From Yuukianura sp. NJ FZ-2021 (lineage: Eukaryota): 64,000 nucleotides of DNA. This document shows positions 37,601-50,400 of this stretch, piece by piece; positions within the stretch are counted from its first letter, which is position 1; the number at the start of each line of letters is the position of its first letter. The position numbers and the translations under genes are program-made. The notes beneath the pieces were generated by a model that searched no databases, was not told where the DNA came from, and saw nothing but the letters and a program-made list of their open reading frames with translations. The stretch lies in NCBI GenBank assembly GCA_046563655.1, contig CM102283.1, forward strand, positions 3,472,001 through 3,536,000, given 5' to 3'.

Positions 37601-39111
37601 CTTTTAAATAATTTTTTTGACAGTCGCCGACACTTGAAATCGATTGGATTTTTCGAAACACTTTTTATTGTCAGTTTTGAATTGTCAGAATTGTCAGTTT
37701 TGTGTCAAATGCAAAGTGGACTTTGTAATTTTTTTTATGTTGAGTGAAAGTACTTGAGAGGGAAAGTGGTGGAAAAAATTATACTTTTTGTGCAAGAGGG
37801 AAAGTGTGGTTGTAAAAATGGGAATATTTTTGTTTCCTATGGACTCATCCATGTTTCCCAAATGGATTTTTGTATTGATTTGGTTAGTGAGGGGGAAATG
37901 GGATAATTATATTTGCACAGGATGATGGAAATGGACTCAAGTGGAGGGAAAATAAGACTTTCCATGAAGGCGTGTCCATTTTATCCAATGAACTTAAATT
38001 AAACTTTCCTTCACTCCTAAACTAACTAAGAGTAAGGAGGATGTTAGGTTTAACTTTCCCCATGTAATTATTATAAATGACTTTCACAAATTAAGTGGAC
38101 TTAAACAAACAGAGGGGTTCATGTAATGTTTAACTTAAATCCAGAAAAGGAGCAGTAATCACTCTTTCTTAATTACGAGTTTGACAGTTAAGTGATGCAA
38201 TGCTGGATTTTTAATTACGAAAGTATAGTTAACTTTAAGTAGATTTCCTGAAATAATGAGCGTGGGCAGTTGGAAACATTAATTATCTGGGATTTAAAAA
38301 AAATTACAAAACAGATCAATTTAGGCGACAAAAAGTTTGTCTAAATTCTTTTTTGTCTAATTTGTTTTTCGTCCAAATTTGTACGTGTAGATTTTTTGGT
38401 ATGTTTTTCCAAATGTGTTTTCAAAGTAATAGAAAGGCGTGTAAATGTTAGAGTTGATGTTAGGTTAGGTGCTGTATGAGGTTAGTTTTTAGAGTGAAAG
38501 TGACATGAAAGTGGTTTTTGGTATTGGTTTTTGAAATTAGAGTTGGAGGTAGACAAAGATTTATTTTGGTTAGTGATATTCGTTTAGACTGCGGAGGCCG
38601 TGATGGATGGATGAGGTGGCGGAGTGAACTTTGACCTGTGCTGGTCGTTTTTGCGGAGTAAGGTGTGCAGTTAGGGTGTGAAAGTGGTTGGGAGTGACAG
38701 AGAGTGAAAGTGGTTTTATAATAAAAGGAGAAATGTGGGGCTGTTGTGTGAGTGTTTTGGGTATTTTGTTGATGTGTAAAAGGCTGTTGAGGAAATAGGA
38801 AAGGGGATAGTGATCTTCTCTTCCGTTTTTAAATCTCATTCAAGGGAAAAGGCGGGAAAAAGAGGCAGTAGAATAGAATATTTATGACTTTCCGAGGCCC
38901 ACAACGTCCCTTGACTTACCCACTCTCTTTCTCTCTCACTCTCAAGTGTGAAAGAAAAAGTGAAGATGAGTCTTCAAGTGAACATGGAACTTCACCACTT
39001 TGAGGATTTCCTCATCCCTCAGCTCCAGTTTTCTCGTTTCCTACATGGTAATGAAAAGTGGGAAGTTTTGACATCGAGGAAATACAGGATGGAATTCAGA
39101 ATTGGAGGAAA

Positions 39112-39292
39112 TACGAGGAAATGTGGATTTGAGGAAATGGAAATTTGAGGACATGCGGATTTTATAAAATGAGGATTCGGGAAATGAGGGCTTGGGAAAT
39201 GAAGAGTTGAGGAAATGTGGATTTGAGGAAATGAGAGATGAGATGAGAATGTGAGTAAATGAGGAGTTTGTGAAATGAGGGCTGAGGAAATC
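39112..39292 (+). repeat. Degenerate (GAGGAAATG-like) simple repeat
   Basis: Recurrent GAGGAAATG / AAATGAGG / GTGGATTTGAGG motifs. Confidence 0.7.
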
Positions 39293-41405
39293 CTCACTGA
39301 GAGAGGGAGTAGCTATGCTATGGAGGAGTATGGAAAGAGGTTTAGAGAGGAAGGAGAAAGTGGTTGAATGGAGAGGATTTTTGTGTGTCTGTGAACAATT
39401 TTATTTGAGGTAAGAAGGGGAGGAAATAGTTTCACTTTTCTGTGCCATGATCTTTTAGGAGGCGAGGAAATAAAATTTTGAGGATCCCTTTATTATTGTG
39501 CTTTATCGACAGGGATAGTAGTGGGAAGTGGTGGGATGCGGAGGATTATGGACCAAATCCCTTAAAAAACTGATCTTCCGGCCTTACTTTCACTTTTACA
39601 CTTTCACTTTTTCCAAATTTACTTTCACTTTGCAACATTTTCAAAATAGTACTGCATTTGCCTCGAAGCTCCGCAAATGTATTTCCTCAGCCCGCGGTGT
39701 TTTTTTCTTAACTTTTCAAAATTTTCTGAAAATGCGAGTTTTTGTCAAGGAAAAGTGAGTTTTGGGAAAATTCAGTTTTTGTGAACAAAGTCAGTTTTTG
39801 TGTTAAGATAAAACTTTTTTTGAGATAAGGATATCTCTGTAGAGAAAGTGAATATTATTTTTTGGACTGTTTTTTTATCTTTGTGCTGAGGTCATTGTGG
39901 AATATGCATAGATTGTCGGTTGAGTAGAGCCTAATGGACTAAGATATGTTGTTGAGGATATAAAAATTCAATTTGGAAAAAGGGAAAGAATGGAAGAAAA
40001 CCTTAAATTATTCGATTTTTCTCTCCATTTCCTTTTTGTGCATTTTCAAATTGAATTTTTTAAAATGCGAGGATGACGAAAAAGAGGGGAAGCACAATCG
40101 CAACAGAGAAGCTAACCTTACAGTATTGAATTTAAAAAAAGATTCCTGAATTTTGAAAATGAAAAAATCAAATTTGATTTTGACTTTGAAATATGATTCA
40201 AATGGAAATTACATTTTTCCATCTGGAAATGAAACTTCATTTGCTCAAAAGTGCAGACTAAAATTGCGATTTGACATTTGGTAACATTTAAGTTTCAAGT
40301 TTACAAAATTTTTAGAAATGTTTTGAAAAACGAAAACAACTATTTTTTTGTCTACACTGGCTTATTTATGTCTGACAAATTCGGAAAAAGTTGGTTTTCG
40401 TTTTAGTTTTTTTGAGTTTGGCACTGCGTTTTTTCCTGATTCTGCATTTTCGAAATTGTAAGGAAAAGGAAAATCGATTTTGAAGTTTTCTTTTCCTACA
40501 GGATTTCCGTTTGACTTTCTCATAAATTTAAAGATTTGATTCAATTTGGTCAGTGTGACGTACAGACGAAGGACATCAGGGAGTCAGAGCGCGCAGAATT
40601 TTTTTTTGAATTTTTTTTTTCTGCCAAATTCAAACCTTTTGGAAGACACTCTATCTTTTCCCGCCTTCTTCGTTTTGTGTTCTCCTCAAGTAACAGACTT
40701 CTGGCGGAAATGATTCAAAGGCCACCGGAATAAAGTCTTAACCCACTTTCTCCCAAATCGCTTTCTCTCCTTTACAAAAAAGACGCGCCAAAAGCGCGAA
40801 TCTCCAGAATTCGTAAGTTCGCACCAACTTTCACTTTGGTATGCATTAGACACGCTGCTTTGACCCACTGGTTTCCTCAATCTAATCTCGCTTTCTCCTG
40901 ATTTCCTTTCCACCTTTTGTCAGCGGGAAAATCATTTAAAAAGCGGAATTTTTTGTTAAACTTGAGAGAAAGTTGGTTTAAAAAGCTCTTGGAAAGGTTG
41001 GTTTCGGATATCGATGCTAACTTTGAGGACGGAAATGAAGATGAAAACGGTGGTACTACATCATGAAATTTTAGGATGAGCATCGTATATCATCCAAGAA
41101 ACTATGTTAAAAAATTTAGGATGGAGTACCACCGATTAGTACCCTAAAAGTGTACCCAAAGTTGACTAGTTTTCTAAGGAAATAATCAAGTTTTTCTTGA
41201 TTATTACAATCCGTTTAAATCATCCGGCTGGATGTAATTTTTACCACCAAGATGTGCACAATTCTGCGTTTCGTTTTCCGAAGCTGCACAATTTCAAACT
41301 TCGTGTTTTTGATTTTATCTTGCACAATTTCTAACTTTTGAGTGCTCATTGCTATGGAAACGGCTTTGGTGCATGAATGTTTGTTTTTAAAATGTGCCAT
41401 ATCAT

Positions 41406-44400
41406 GAGGCTACATTTTGAAGCGGTAGAGTACGCGTGAATTTTCGGCAAGGCAAATATATCCAAAAGTTGAATTTCAGCTGAATTTTTCAAAATTCCAA
41501 TTCCTCAAAAAGTAAGTGTACAAGTGAATTTTTCAAAATTCTGTCACGTCAAAAAGTTAGAGAACAGGTGAATTTTTCACGAGGCCGACATTTTGAGACG
41601 GTAGAGTACGCGTGAATTTTCGGCAAGGCAAATATATCCAAAAGTTGAATTTCAGCTGAATTTTTCAAAATTCCAATTCCTCAAAAAGTAAGTGTACAAG
41701 TGAATTTTTCAAAATTCTGTCACGTCAAAAAGTTAGAGAACAGGTGAATTTTTCACGAGGCCAACATTTTGAGACGGTAGAGTACGCGTGAATTTTCGGC
41801 AAGGCAAATATATCCAAAAGTTGAATTTCAGCTGAATTTTTCAAAATTCCAATTCCTCAAAAAGTAAGTGTACAAGTGAATTTTTCAAAATTCTGTCACG
41901 TCAAAAAGTTAGAGAACAGGTGAATTTTTCACGAGGCCAACATTTTGAGACGGTAGAGTACGCGTGAATTTTCGGCAAGGCAAATATATCCAAAAGTTGA
42001 ATTTCAGCTGAATTTTTCAAAATTCCAATTCCTCAAAAAGTAAGTGTACAAGTGAATTTTTCAAAATTCTGTCACGTCAAAAAGTTATAGAACAGGTGAA
42101 TTTTTCACGAGGCCAACATTTTGAGACGGTAGAGTACGCGTGAATTTTCGGCAAGGCAAATATATCCAAAAGTTGAATTTCAGCTGAATTTTTCAAAATT
42201 CCAATTCCTCAAAAAGTAAGTGTACAAGTGAATTTTTCAAAATTCTGTCACGTCAAAAAGTTAGAGAACAGGTGAATTTTTCACGAGGCCAACATTTTGA
42301 GACGGTAGAGTACGCGTGAATTTTCGGCAAGGCATATATATCCAAAAGTTGAATTTCAGCTGAATTTTTCAAAATTCCAATTCCTCAAAAAGTAAGTGTA
42401 CAAGTGAATTTTTCAAAATTCTGTCACGTCAAAAAGTTAGAGAACAGGTGAATTTTTCACGAGGCCAACATTTTGAGACGGTAGAGTACGCGTGAATTTT
42501 CGGCAAGGCAAATATATCCAAAAGTTGAATTTCAGCTGAATTTTTCAAAATTCCAATTCCTCAAAAAGTAAGTGTACAAGTGAATTTTTCAAAATTCTGT
42601 CACGTCAAAAAGTTAGAGAACAGGTGAATTTTTCACGAGGCCGACATTTTGAGACGGTAGAGTACGCGTGAATTTTCGGCAAGGCAAATATATCCAAAAG
42701 TTGAATTTCAGCTGAATTTTTCAAAATTCCAATTCCTCAAAAAGTAAGTGTACAAGTGAATTTTTCAAAATTCTGTCACGTCAAAAAGTTAGAGAACAGG
42801 TGAATTTTTCACGAGGCCAACATTTTGAGACGGTAGAGTACGCGTGAATTTTCGGCAAGGCAAATATATCCAAAAGTTGAATTTCAGCTGAATTTTTCAA
42901 AATTCCAATTCCTCAAAAAGTAAGTGTACAAGTGAATTTTTCAAAATTCTGTCACGTCAAAAAGTTAGAGAACAGGTGAATTTTTCACGAGACCAACATT
43001 TCGAGACGGTAGAGTACGCGTGAATTTTCGGCAAGGCAAATATATCCAAAAGTTGAATTTCAGCTGAATTTTTCAAAATTCCAATTCCTCAAAAAGTAAG
43101 TGTACAACTGAACTTTTCAAAATTCTGTCACGTCAAAAAGTTAGAGAACAGGTGAATTTTTCACGAGACCAACATTTCGAGACGGTAGAGTACGCGTGAA
43201 TTTTCGGCAAGGCAAATATATCCAAAAGTTGAATTTCAGCTGAATTTTTCAAAATTCCAATTCCTCAAAAAGTAAGTGTACAACTGAATTTTTCAAAATT
43301 CTGTCACGTCAAAAAGTTAGAGAACAGGTCAATTTTTCACGAGACCAACATTTCGAGACGGTAGAGTACGCGTGAATTTTCGGCAAGGCAAATATATCCA
43401 AAAGTTGAATTTCAGCTGAATTTTTCAAAATTCCAATTCCTCAAAAAGTAAGTGTACAAGTGAATTTTTCAAAATTCTGTCACGTCAAAAAGTTAGAGAA
43501 CAGGTGAATTTTTCACGAGGCCAACATTTTGAGACAGTAGAGTACGCGTGAATTTTCGGCAAGGCAAATATATCCAAAAGTTGAATTTCAGCTGAATGTT
43601 TCAAAATTCCAATTCCTCAAAAAGTAAGTGTACAAGTGAATTTTTCAAAATTCTGTCACGTCAAAAAGTTAGAGAACAGGTGAATTTTTCACGAGGCCAA
43701 CATTTTGAGACGGTAGAGTACGCGTGAATTTTCGGCAAGGCAAATATATCCAAAAGTTGAATTTCAGCTGAATTTTTCAAAATTCCAATTCCTCAAAAAG
43801 TAAGTGTACAAGTGAATTTTTCAAAATTCTGTCACGTCAAAAAGTTAGAGAACAGGTGAATTTTTCACGAGGCCGACATTTTGAGACGGTAGAGTACGCG
43901 TGAATTTTCGGCAAGGCAAATATATCCAAAAGTTGAATTTCAGCTGAATTTTTCAAAATTCCAATTCCTCAAAAAGTAAGTGTACAAGTGAATTTTTCAA
44001 AATTCTGTCACGTCAAAAAGTTAGAGAACAGGTGAATTTTTCACGAGGCCAACATTTTGAGACGGTAGAGTACGCGTGAATTTTCGGCAAGGCAAATATA
44101 TCCAAAAGTTGAATTTCAGCTGAATTTTTCAAAATTCCAATTCCTCAAAAAGTAAGTGTACAAGTGAATTTTTCAAAATTCTGTCACGTCAAAAAGTTAG
44201 AGAACAGGTGAATTTTTCACGAGGCCGACATTTTGAGACGGTAGAGTACGCGTGAATTTTCGGCAAGGCAAATATATCCAAAAGTTGATTTTCAGCTGAA
44301 TTTTTCAAAATTCCAATTCCTCAAAAAGTAAGTGTACAAGTGAATTTTTCAAAATTCTGCCACGTCAAAAAGTTAGAGAACAGGTGAATTTTTCACAAGG

Positions 44401-47400
44401 CCGACATTTTGAGACGGTAGAGTACGCGTGAATTTTCGGCAAGGCAAATATATCCAAAAGTTGAATTTCAGCTGAATTTTTCAAAATTCCAATTCCTCAA
44501 AAAGTAAGTGTACAACTGAATTTTTCAAAATTCTGTCACGTCAAAAAGTTAGAGAACAGGTGAATTTTTCACGAGGCCGACATTTTGAGACGGTAGAGTA
44601 CGCGTGAATTTTCGGCAAGGCAAATATATCCAAAAGTTGAATTTCAGCTGAATTTTTCAAAATTCCAATTCCTCAAAAAGTAAGTGTACAAGTGAATTTT
44701 TCAAAATTCTGTCACGTCAAAAAGTTAGAGAACAGGTGAATTTTTCACGAGGCCAACATTTTGAGACGGTAGAGTACGCGTGAATTTTCGGCAAGGCAAA
44801 TATATCCAAAAGTTGAATTTCAGCTGAATTTTTCAAAATTCCAATTCCTCAAAAAGTAAGTGTACAAGTGAATTTTTCAAAATTCTGTCACGTCAAAAAG
44901 TTATAGAACAGGTGAATTTTTCACGAGGCCAACATTTTGAGACGGTAGAGTACGCGTGAATTTTCGGCAAGGCAAATATATCCAAAAGTTGAATTTCAGC
45001 TGAATTTTTCAAAATTCCAATTCCTCAAAAAGTAAGTGTACAACTGAACTTTTCAAAATTCTGTCACGTCAAAAAGTTAGAGAACAGGTGAATTTTTCAC
45101 GAGACCAACATTTCGAGACGGTAGAGTACGCGTGAATTTTCGGCAAGGCAAATATATCCAAAAGTTGAATTTCAGCTGAATTTTTCAAAATTCCAATTCC
45201 TCAAAAAGTAAGTGTACAAGTGAATTTTTCAAAATTCTGTCACGTCAAAAAGTTAGAGAACAGGTGAATTTTTCACGAGGCCAACATTTTGAGACAGTAG
45301 AGTACGCGTGAATTTTCGGCAAGGCAAATATATCCAAAAGTTGAATTTCAGCTGAATGTTTCAAAATTCCAATTCCTCAAAAAGTAAGTGTACAAGTGAA
45401 TTTTTCAAAATTCTGTCACGTCAAAAAGTTAGAGAACAGGTGAATTTTTCACGAGGCCAACATTTCGAGAAGGTAGAATACGCGTGAATTTTCGGCAAGG
45501 CAAATATATCCAAAAGTTGAATTTCAGCTGAATTTTTCAAAATTCCAATTCCTCAAAAAAGTAAGTGTACAAGTGAATTTTTCAAAATTCTGTCACGTCA
45601 AAAAGTTAGAGAACAGGTGAATTTTTCACGAGGCCAACATTTTGAGACGGTAGAGTACGCGTGAATTTTCGGCAAGGCAAATATATCCAAAAGTTGAATT
45701 TCAGCTGAATTTTTCAAAATTCCAATTCCTCAAAAAGTAAGTGTACAAGTGAATTTTTCAAAATTCTGTCACGTCAAAAAGTTAGAGAACAGGTGAATTT
45801 TTCACGAGGCCAACATTTTGAGACGGTAGAGTACGCGTGAATTTTCGGCAAGGCAAATATATCCAAAAGTTGAATTTCAGCTGAATTTTTCAAAATTCCA
45901 ATTCCTCAAAAAGTAAGTGTACAAGTGAATTTTTCAAAATTCTGTCACGTCAAAAAGTTAGAGAACAGGTGAATTTTTCACGAGGCCGACATTTTGAGAC
46001 GGTAGAGTACGCGTGAATTTTCGGCAAGGCAAATATATCCAAAAGTTGAATTTCAGCTGAATTTTTCAAAATTCCAATTCCTCAAAAAGTAAGTGTACAA
46101 GTGAATTTTTCAAAATTCTGTCACGTCAAAAAGTTAGAGAACAGGTGAATTTTTCACGAGGCCAACATTTTGAGACGGTAGAGTACGCGTGAATTTTCGG
46201 CAAGGCAAATATATCCAAAAGTTGAATTTCAGCTGAATTTTTCAAAATTCCAATTCCTCAAAAAGTAAGTGTACAAGTGAATTTTTCAAAATTCTGTCAC
46301 GTCAAAAAGTTAGAGAACAGGTGAATTTTTCACGAGGCCAACATTTTGAGACGGTAGAGTACGCGTGAATTTTCGGCAAGGCAAATATATCCAAAAGTTG
46401 AATTTCAGCTGAATTTTTCAAAATTCCAATTCCTCAAAAAGTAAGTGTACAAGTGAATTTTTCAAAATTCTGTCACGTCAAAAAGTTAGAGAACAGGTGA
46501 ATTTTTCACGAGGCCAACATTTTGAGACGGTAGAGTACGCGTGAATTTTCGGCAAGGCAAATATATCCAAAAGTTGAATTTCAGCTGAATTTTTCAAAAT
46601 TCCAATTCCTCAAAAAGTAAGTGTACAACTGAACTTTTCAAAATTCTGTCACGTCAAAAAGTTAGAGAACAGGTGAATTTTTCACGAGGCCAACATTTTG
46701 AGACGGTAGAGTACGCGTGAATTTTCGGCAAGGCAAATATATCCAAAAGTTGAATTTCAGCTGAATTTTTCAAAATTCCAATTCCTCAAAAAGTAAGTGT
46801 ACAAGTGAATTTTTCAAAATTCTGTCACGTCAAAAAGTTAGAGAACAGGTGAATTTTTCACAAGGCCGACATTTTGAGACGGTAGAGTACGCGTGAATTT
46901 TCGGCAAGGCAAATATATCCAAAAGTTGAATTTCAGCTGAATTTTTCAAAATTCCAATTCCTCAAAAAGTAAGTGTACAAGTGAATTTTTCAAAATTCTG
47001 TCACGTCAAAAAGTTAGAGAACAGGTGAATTTTTCACGAGGCCGACATTTTGAGACGGTAGAGTACGCGTGAATTTTCGGCAAGGCAAATATATCCAAAA
47101 GTTGATTTTCAGCTGAATTTTTCAAAATTCCAATTCCTCAAAAAGTAAGTGTACAACTGAATTTTTCAAAATTCTGTCACGTCAAAAAGTTAGAGAACAG
47201 GTGAATTTTTCACGAGGCCGACATTTTGAGACGGTAGAGTACGCGTGAATTTTCGGCAAGGCAAATATATCCAAAAGTTGAATTTCAGCTGAATTTTTCA
47301 AAATTCCAATTCCTCAAAAAGTAAGTGTACAAGTGAATTTTTCAAAATTCTGTCACGTCAAAAAGTTAGAGAACAGGTGAATTTTTCACGAGGCCAACAT

Positions 47401-50400
47401 TTTGAGACAGTAGAGTACGCGTGAATTTTCGGCAAGGCAAATATATCCAAAAGTTGAATTTCAGCTGAATGTTTCAAAATTCCAATTCCTCAAAAAGTAA
47501 GTGTACAAGTGAATTTTTCAAAATTCTGTCACGTCAAAAAGTTAGAGAACAGGTGAATTTTTCACGAGGCCAACATTTTGAGACGGTAGAGTACGCGTGA
47601 ATTTTCGGCAAGGCAAATATATCCAAAAGTTGAATTTCAGCTGAATTTTTCAAAATTCCAATTCCTCAAAAAGTAAGTGTACAAGTGAATTTTTCAAAAT
47701 TCTGTCACGTCAAAAAGTTAGAGAACAGGTGAATTTTTCACGAGGCCAACATTTTGAGACGGTAGAGTACGCGTGAATTTTCGGCAAGGCAAATATATCC
47801 AAAAGTTGAATTTCAGCTGAATTTTTCAAAATTCCAATTCCTCAAAAAGTAAGTGTACAAGTGAATTTTTCAAAATTCTGTCACGTCAAAAAGTTAGAGA
47901 ACAGGTGAATTTTTCACGAGGCCAACATTTTGAGACGGTAGAGTACGCGTGAATTTTCGGCAAGGCAAATATATCCAAAAGTTGAATTTCAGCTGAATTT
48001 TTCAAAATTCCAATTCCTCAAAAAGTAAGTGTACAAGTGAATTTTTCAAAATTCTGTCACGTCAAAAAGTTAGAGAACAGGTGAATTTTTCACGAGGCCA
48101 ACATTTTGAGACGGTAGAGTACGCGTGAATTTTCGGCAAGGCAAATATATCCAAAAGTTGAATTTCAGCTGAATTTTTCAAAATTCCAATTCCTCAAAAA
48201 GTAAGTGTACAAGTGAATTTTTCAAAATTCTGTCACGTCAAAAAGTTAGAGAACAGGTGAATTTTTCACGAGGCCGACATTTTGAGACGGTAGAGTACGC
48301 GTGAATTTTCGGCAAGGCAAATATATCCAAAAGTTGAATTTCAGCTGAATTTTTCAAAATTCCAATTCCTCAAAAAGTAAGTGTACAAGTGAACTTTTCA
48401 AAATTCTGTCACGTCAAAAAGTTAGAGAACAGGTGAATTTTTCACGAGACCAACATTTCGAGAAGGTAGAGTACGCGTGAATTTTCGGCAAGGCAAATAT
48501 ATCCAAAAGTTGAATTTCAGCTGAATTTTTCAAAATTCCAATTCCTCAAAAAGTAAGTGTACAAGTGAACTTTTCAAAATTCTGTCACGTCAAAAAGTTA
48601 GAGAACAGGTGAATTTTTCACGAGGCCAACATTTTGAGACGGTAGAGTACGCGTGAATTTTCGGCAAGGCAAATATATCCAAAAGTTGAATTTCAGCTGA
48701 ATTTTTCAAAATTCCAATTCCTCAAAAAGTAAGTGTACAAGTGAATTTTTCAAAATTCTGTCACGTCAAAAAGTTAGAGAACAGGTGAATTTTTCACGAG
48801 GCCAACATTTTGAGACAGTAGAGTACGCGTGAATTTTCGGCAAGGCAAATATATCCAAAAGTTGAATTTCAGCTGAATTTTTCAAAATTCCAATTCCTCA
48901 AAAAGTAAGTGTACAAGTGAATTTTTCAAAATTCTGTCACGTCAAAAAGTTAGAGAACAGGTGGATTTTTCACGAGGCCGACATTTTGAGACGGTAGAGT
49001 ACGCGTGAATTTTCGGCAAGGCAAATATATCCAAAAGTTGAATTTCAGCTGAATTTTTCAAAATTCCAATTCCTCAAAAAGTAAGTGTACAAGTGAATTT
49101 TTCAAAATTCTGTCACGTCAAAAAGTTAGAGAACAGGTGAATTTTTCACGAGGCCAACATTTTGAGACGGTAGAGTACGCGTGAATTTTCGGCAAGGCAA
49201 ATATATCCAAAAGTTGAATTTCAGCTGAATTTTTCAAAATTCCAATTCCTCAAAAAGTAAGTGTACAACTGAACTTTTCAAAATTCTGTCACGTCAAAAA
49301 GTTAGAGAACAGGTGAATTTTTCACGAGACCAACATTTCGAGAAGGTAGAGTACGCGTGAATTTTCGGCAAGGCAAATATATCCAAAAGTTGAATTTCAG
49401 CTGAATTTTTCAAAATTCCAATTCCTCAAAAAGTAAGTGTACAACTGAATTTTTCAAAATTCTGTCACGTCAAAAAGTTAGAGAACAGGTGAATTTTTCA
49501 CGAGGCCAACATTTTGAGACGGTAGAGTACGCGTGAATTTTCGGCAAGGCAAATATATCCAAAAGTTGAATTTCAGCTGAATTTTTCAAAATTCCAATTC
49601 CTCAAAAAGTAAGTGTACAAGTGAATTTTTCAAAATTCTGTCACGTCAAAAAGTTAGAGAACAGGTGAATTTTTCACGAGGCCAACATTTTGAGACGGTA
49701 GAGTACGCGTGAATTTTCGGCAAGGCAAATATATCCAAAAGTTGAATTTCAGCTGAATTTTTCAAAATTCCAATTCCTCAAAAAGTAAGTGTACAAGTGA
49801 ATTTTTCAAAATTCTGTCACGTCAAAAAGTTAGAGAACAGGTGAATTTTTCACGAGGCCAACATTTTGAGACGGTAGAGTACGCGTGAATTTTCGGCAAG
49901 GCAAATATATCCAAAAGTTGAATTTCAGCTGAATTTTTCAAAATTCCAATTCCTCAAAAAGTAAGTGTACAAGTGAATTTTTCAAAATTCTGTCACGTCA
50001 AAAAGTTAGAGAACAGGTGAATTTTTCACGAGACCAACATTTCGAGACGGTAGAGTACGCGTGAATTTTCGGCAAGGCAAATATATCCAAAAGTTGAATT
50101 TCAGCTGAATTTTTCAAAATTCCAATTCCTCAAAAAGTAAGTGTACAAGTGAATTTTTCAAAATTCTGTCACGTCAAAAAGTTAGAGAACAGGTGAATTT
50201 TTCACGAGGCCGACATTTTGAGACGGTAGAGTACGCGTGAATTTTCGGCAAGGCAAATATATCCAAAAGTTGAATTTCAGCTGAATTTTTCAAAATTCCA
50301 ATTCCTCAAAAAGTAAGTGTACAAGTGAATTTTTCAAAATTCTGTCACGTCAAAAAGTTAGAGAACAGGTGAATTTTTCACGAGGCCAACATTTTGAGAC

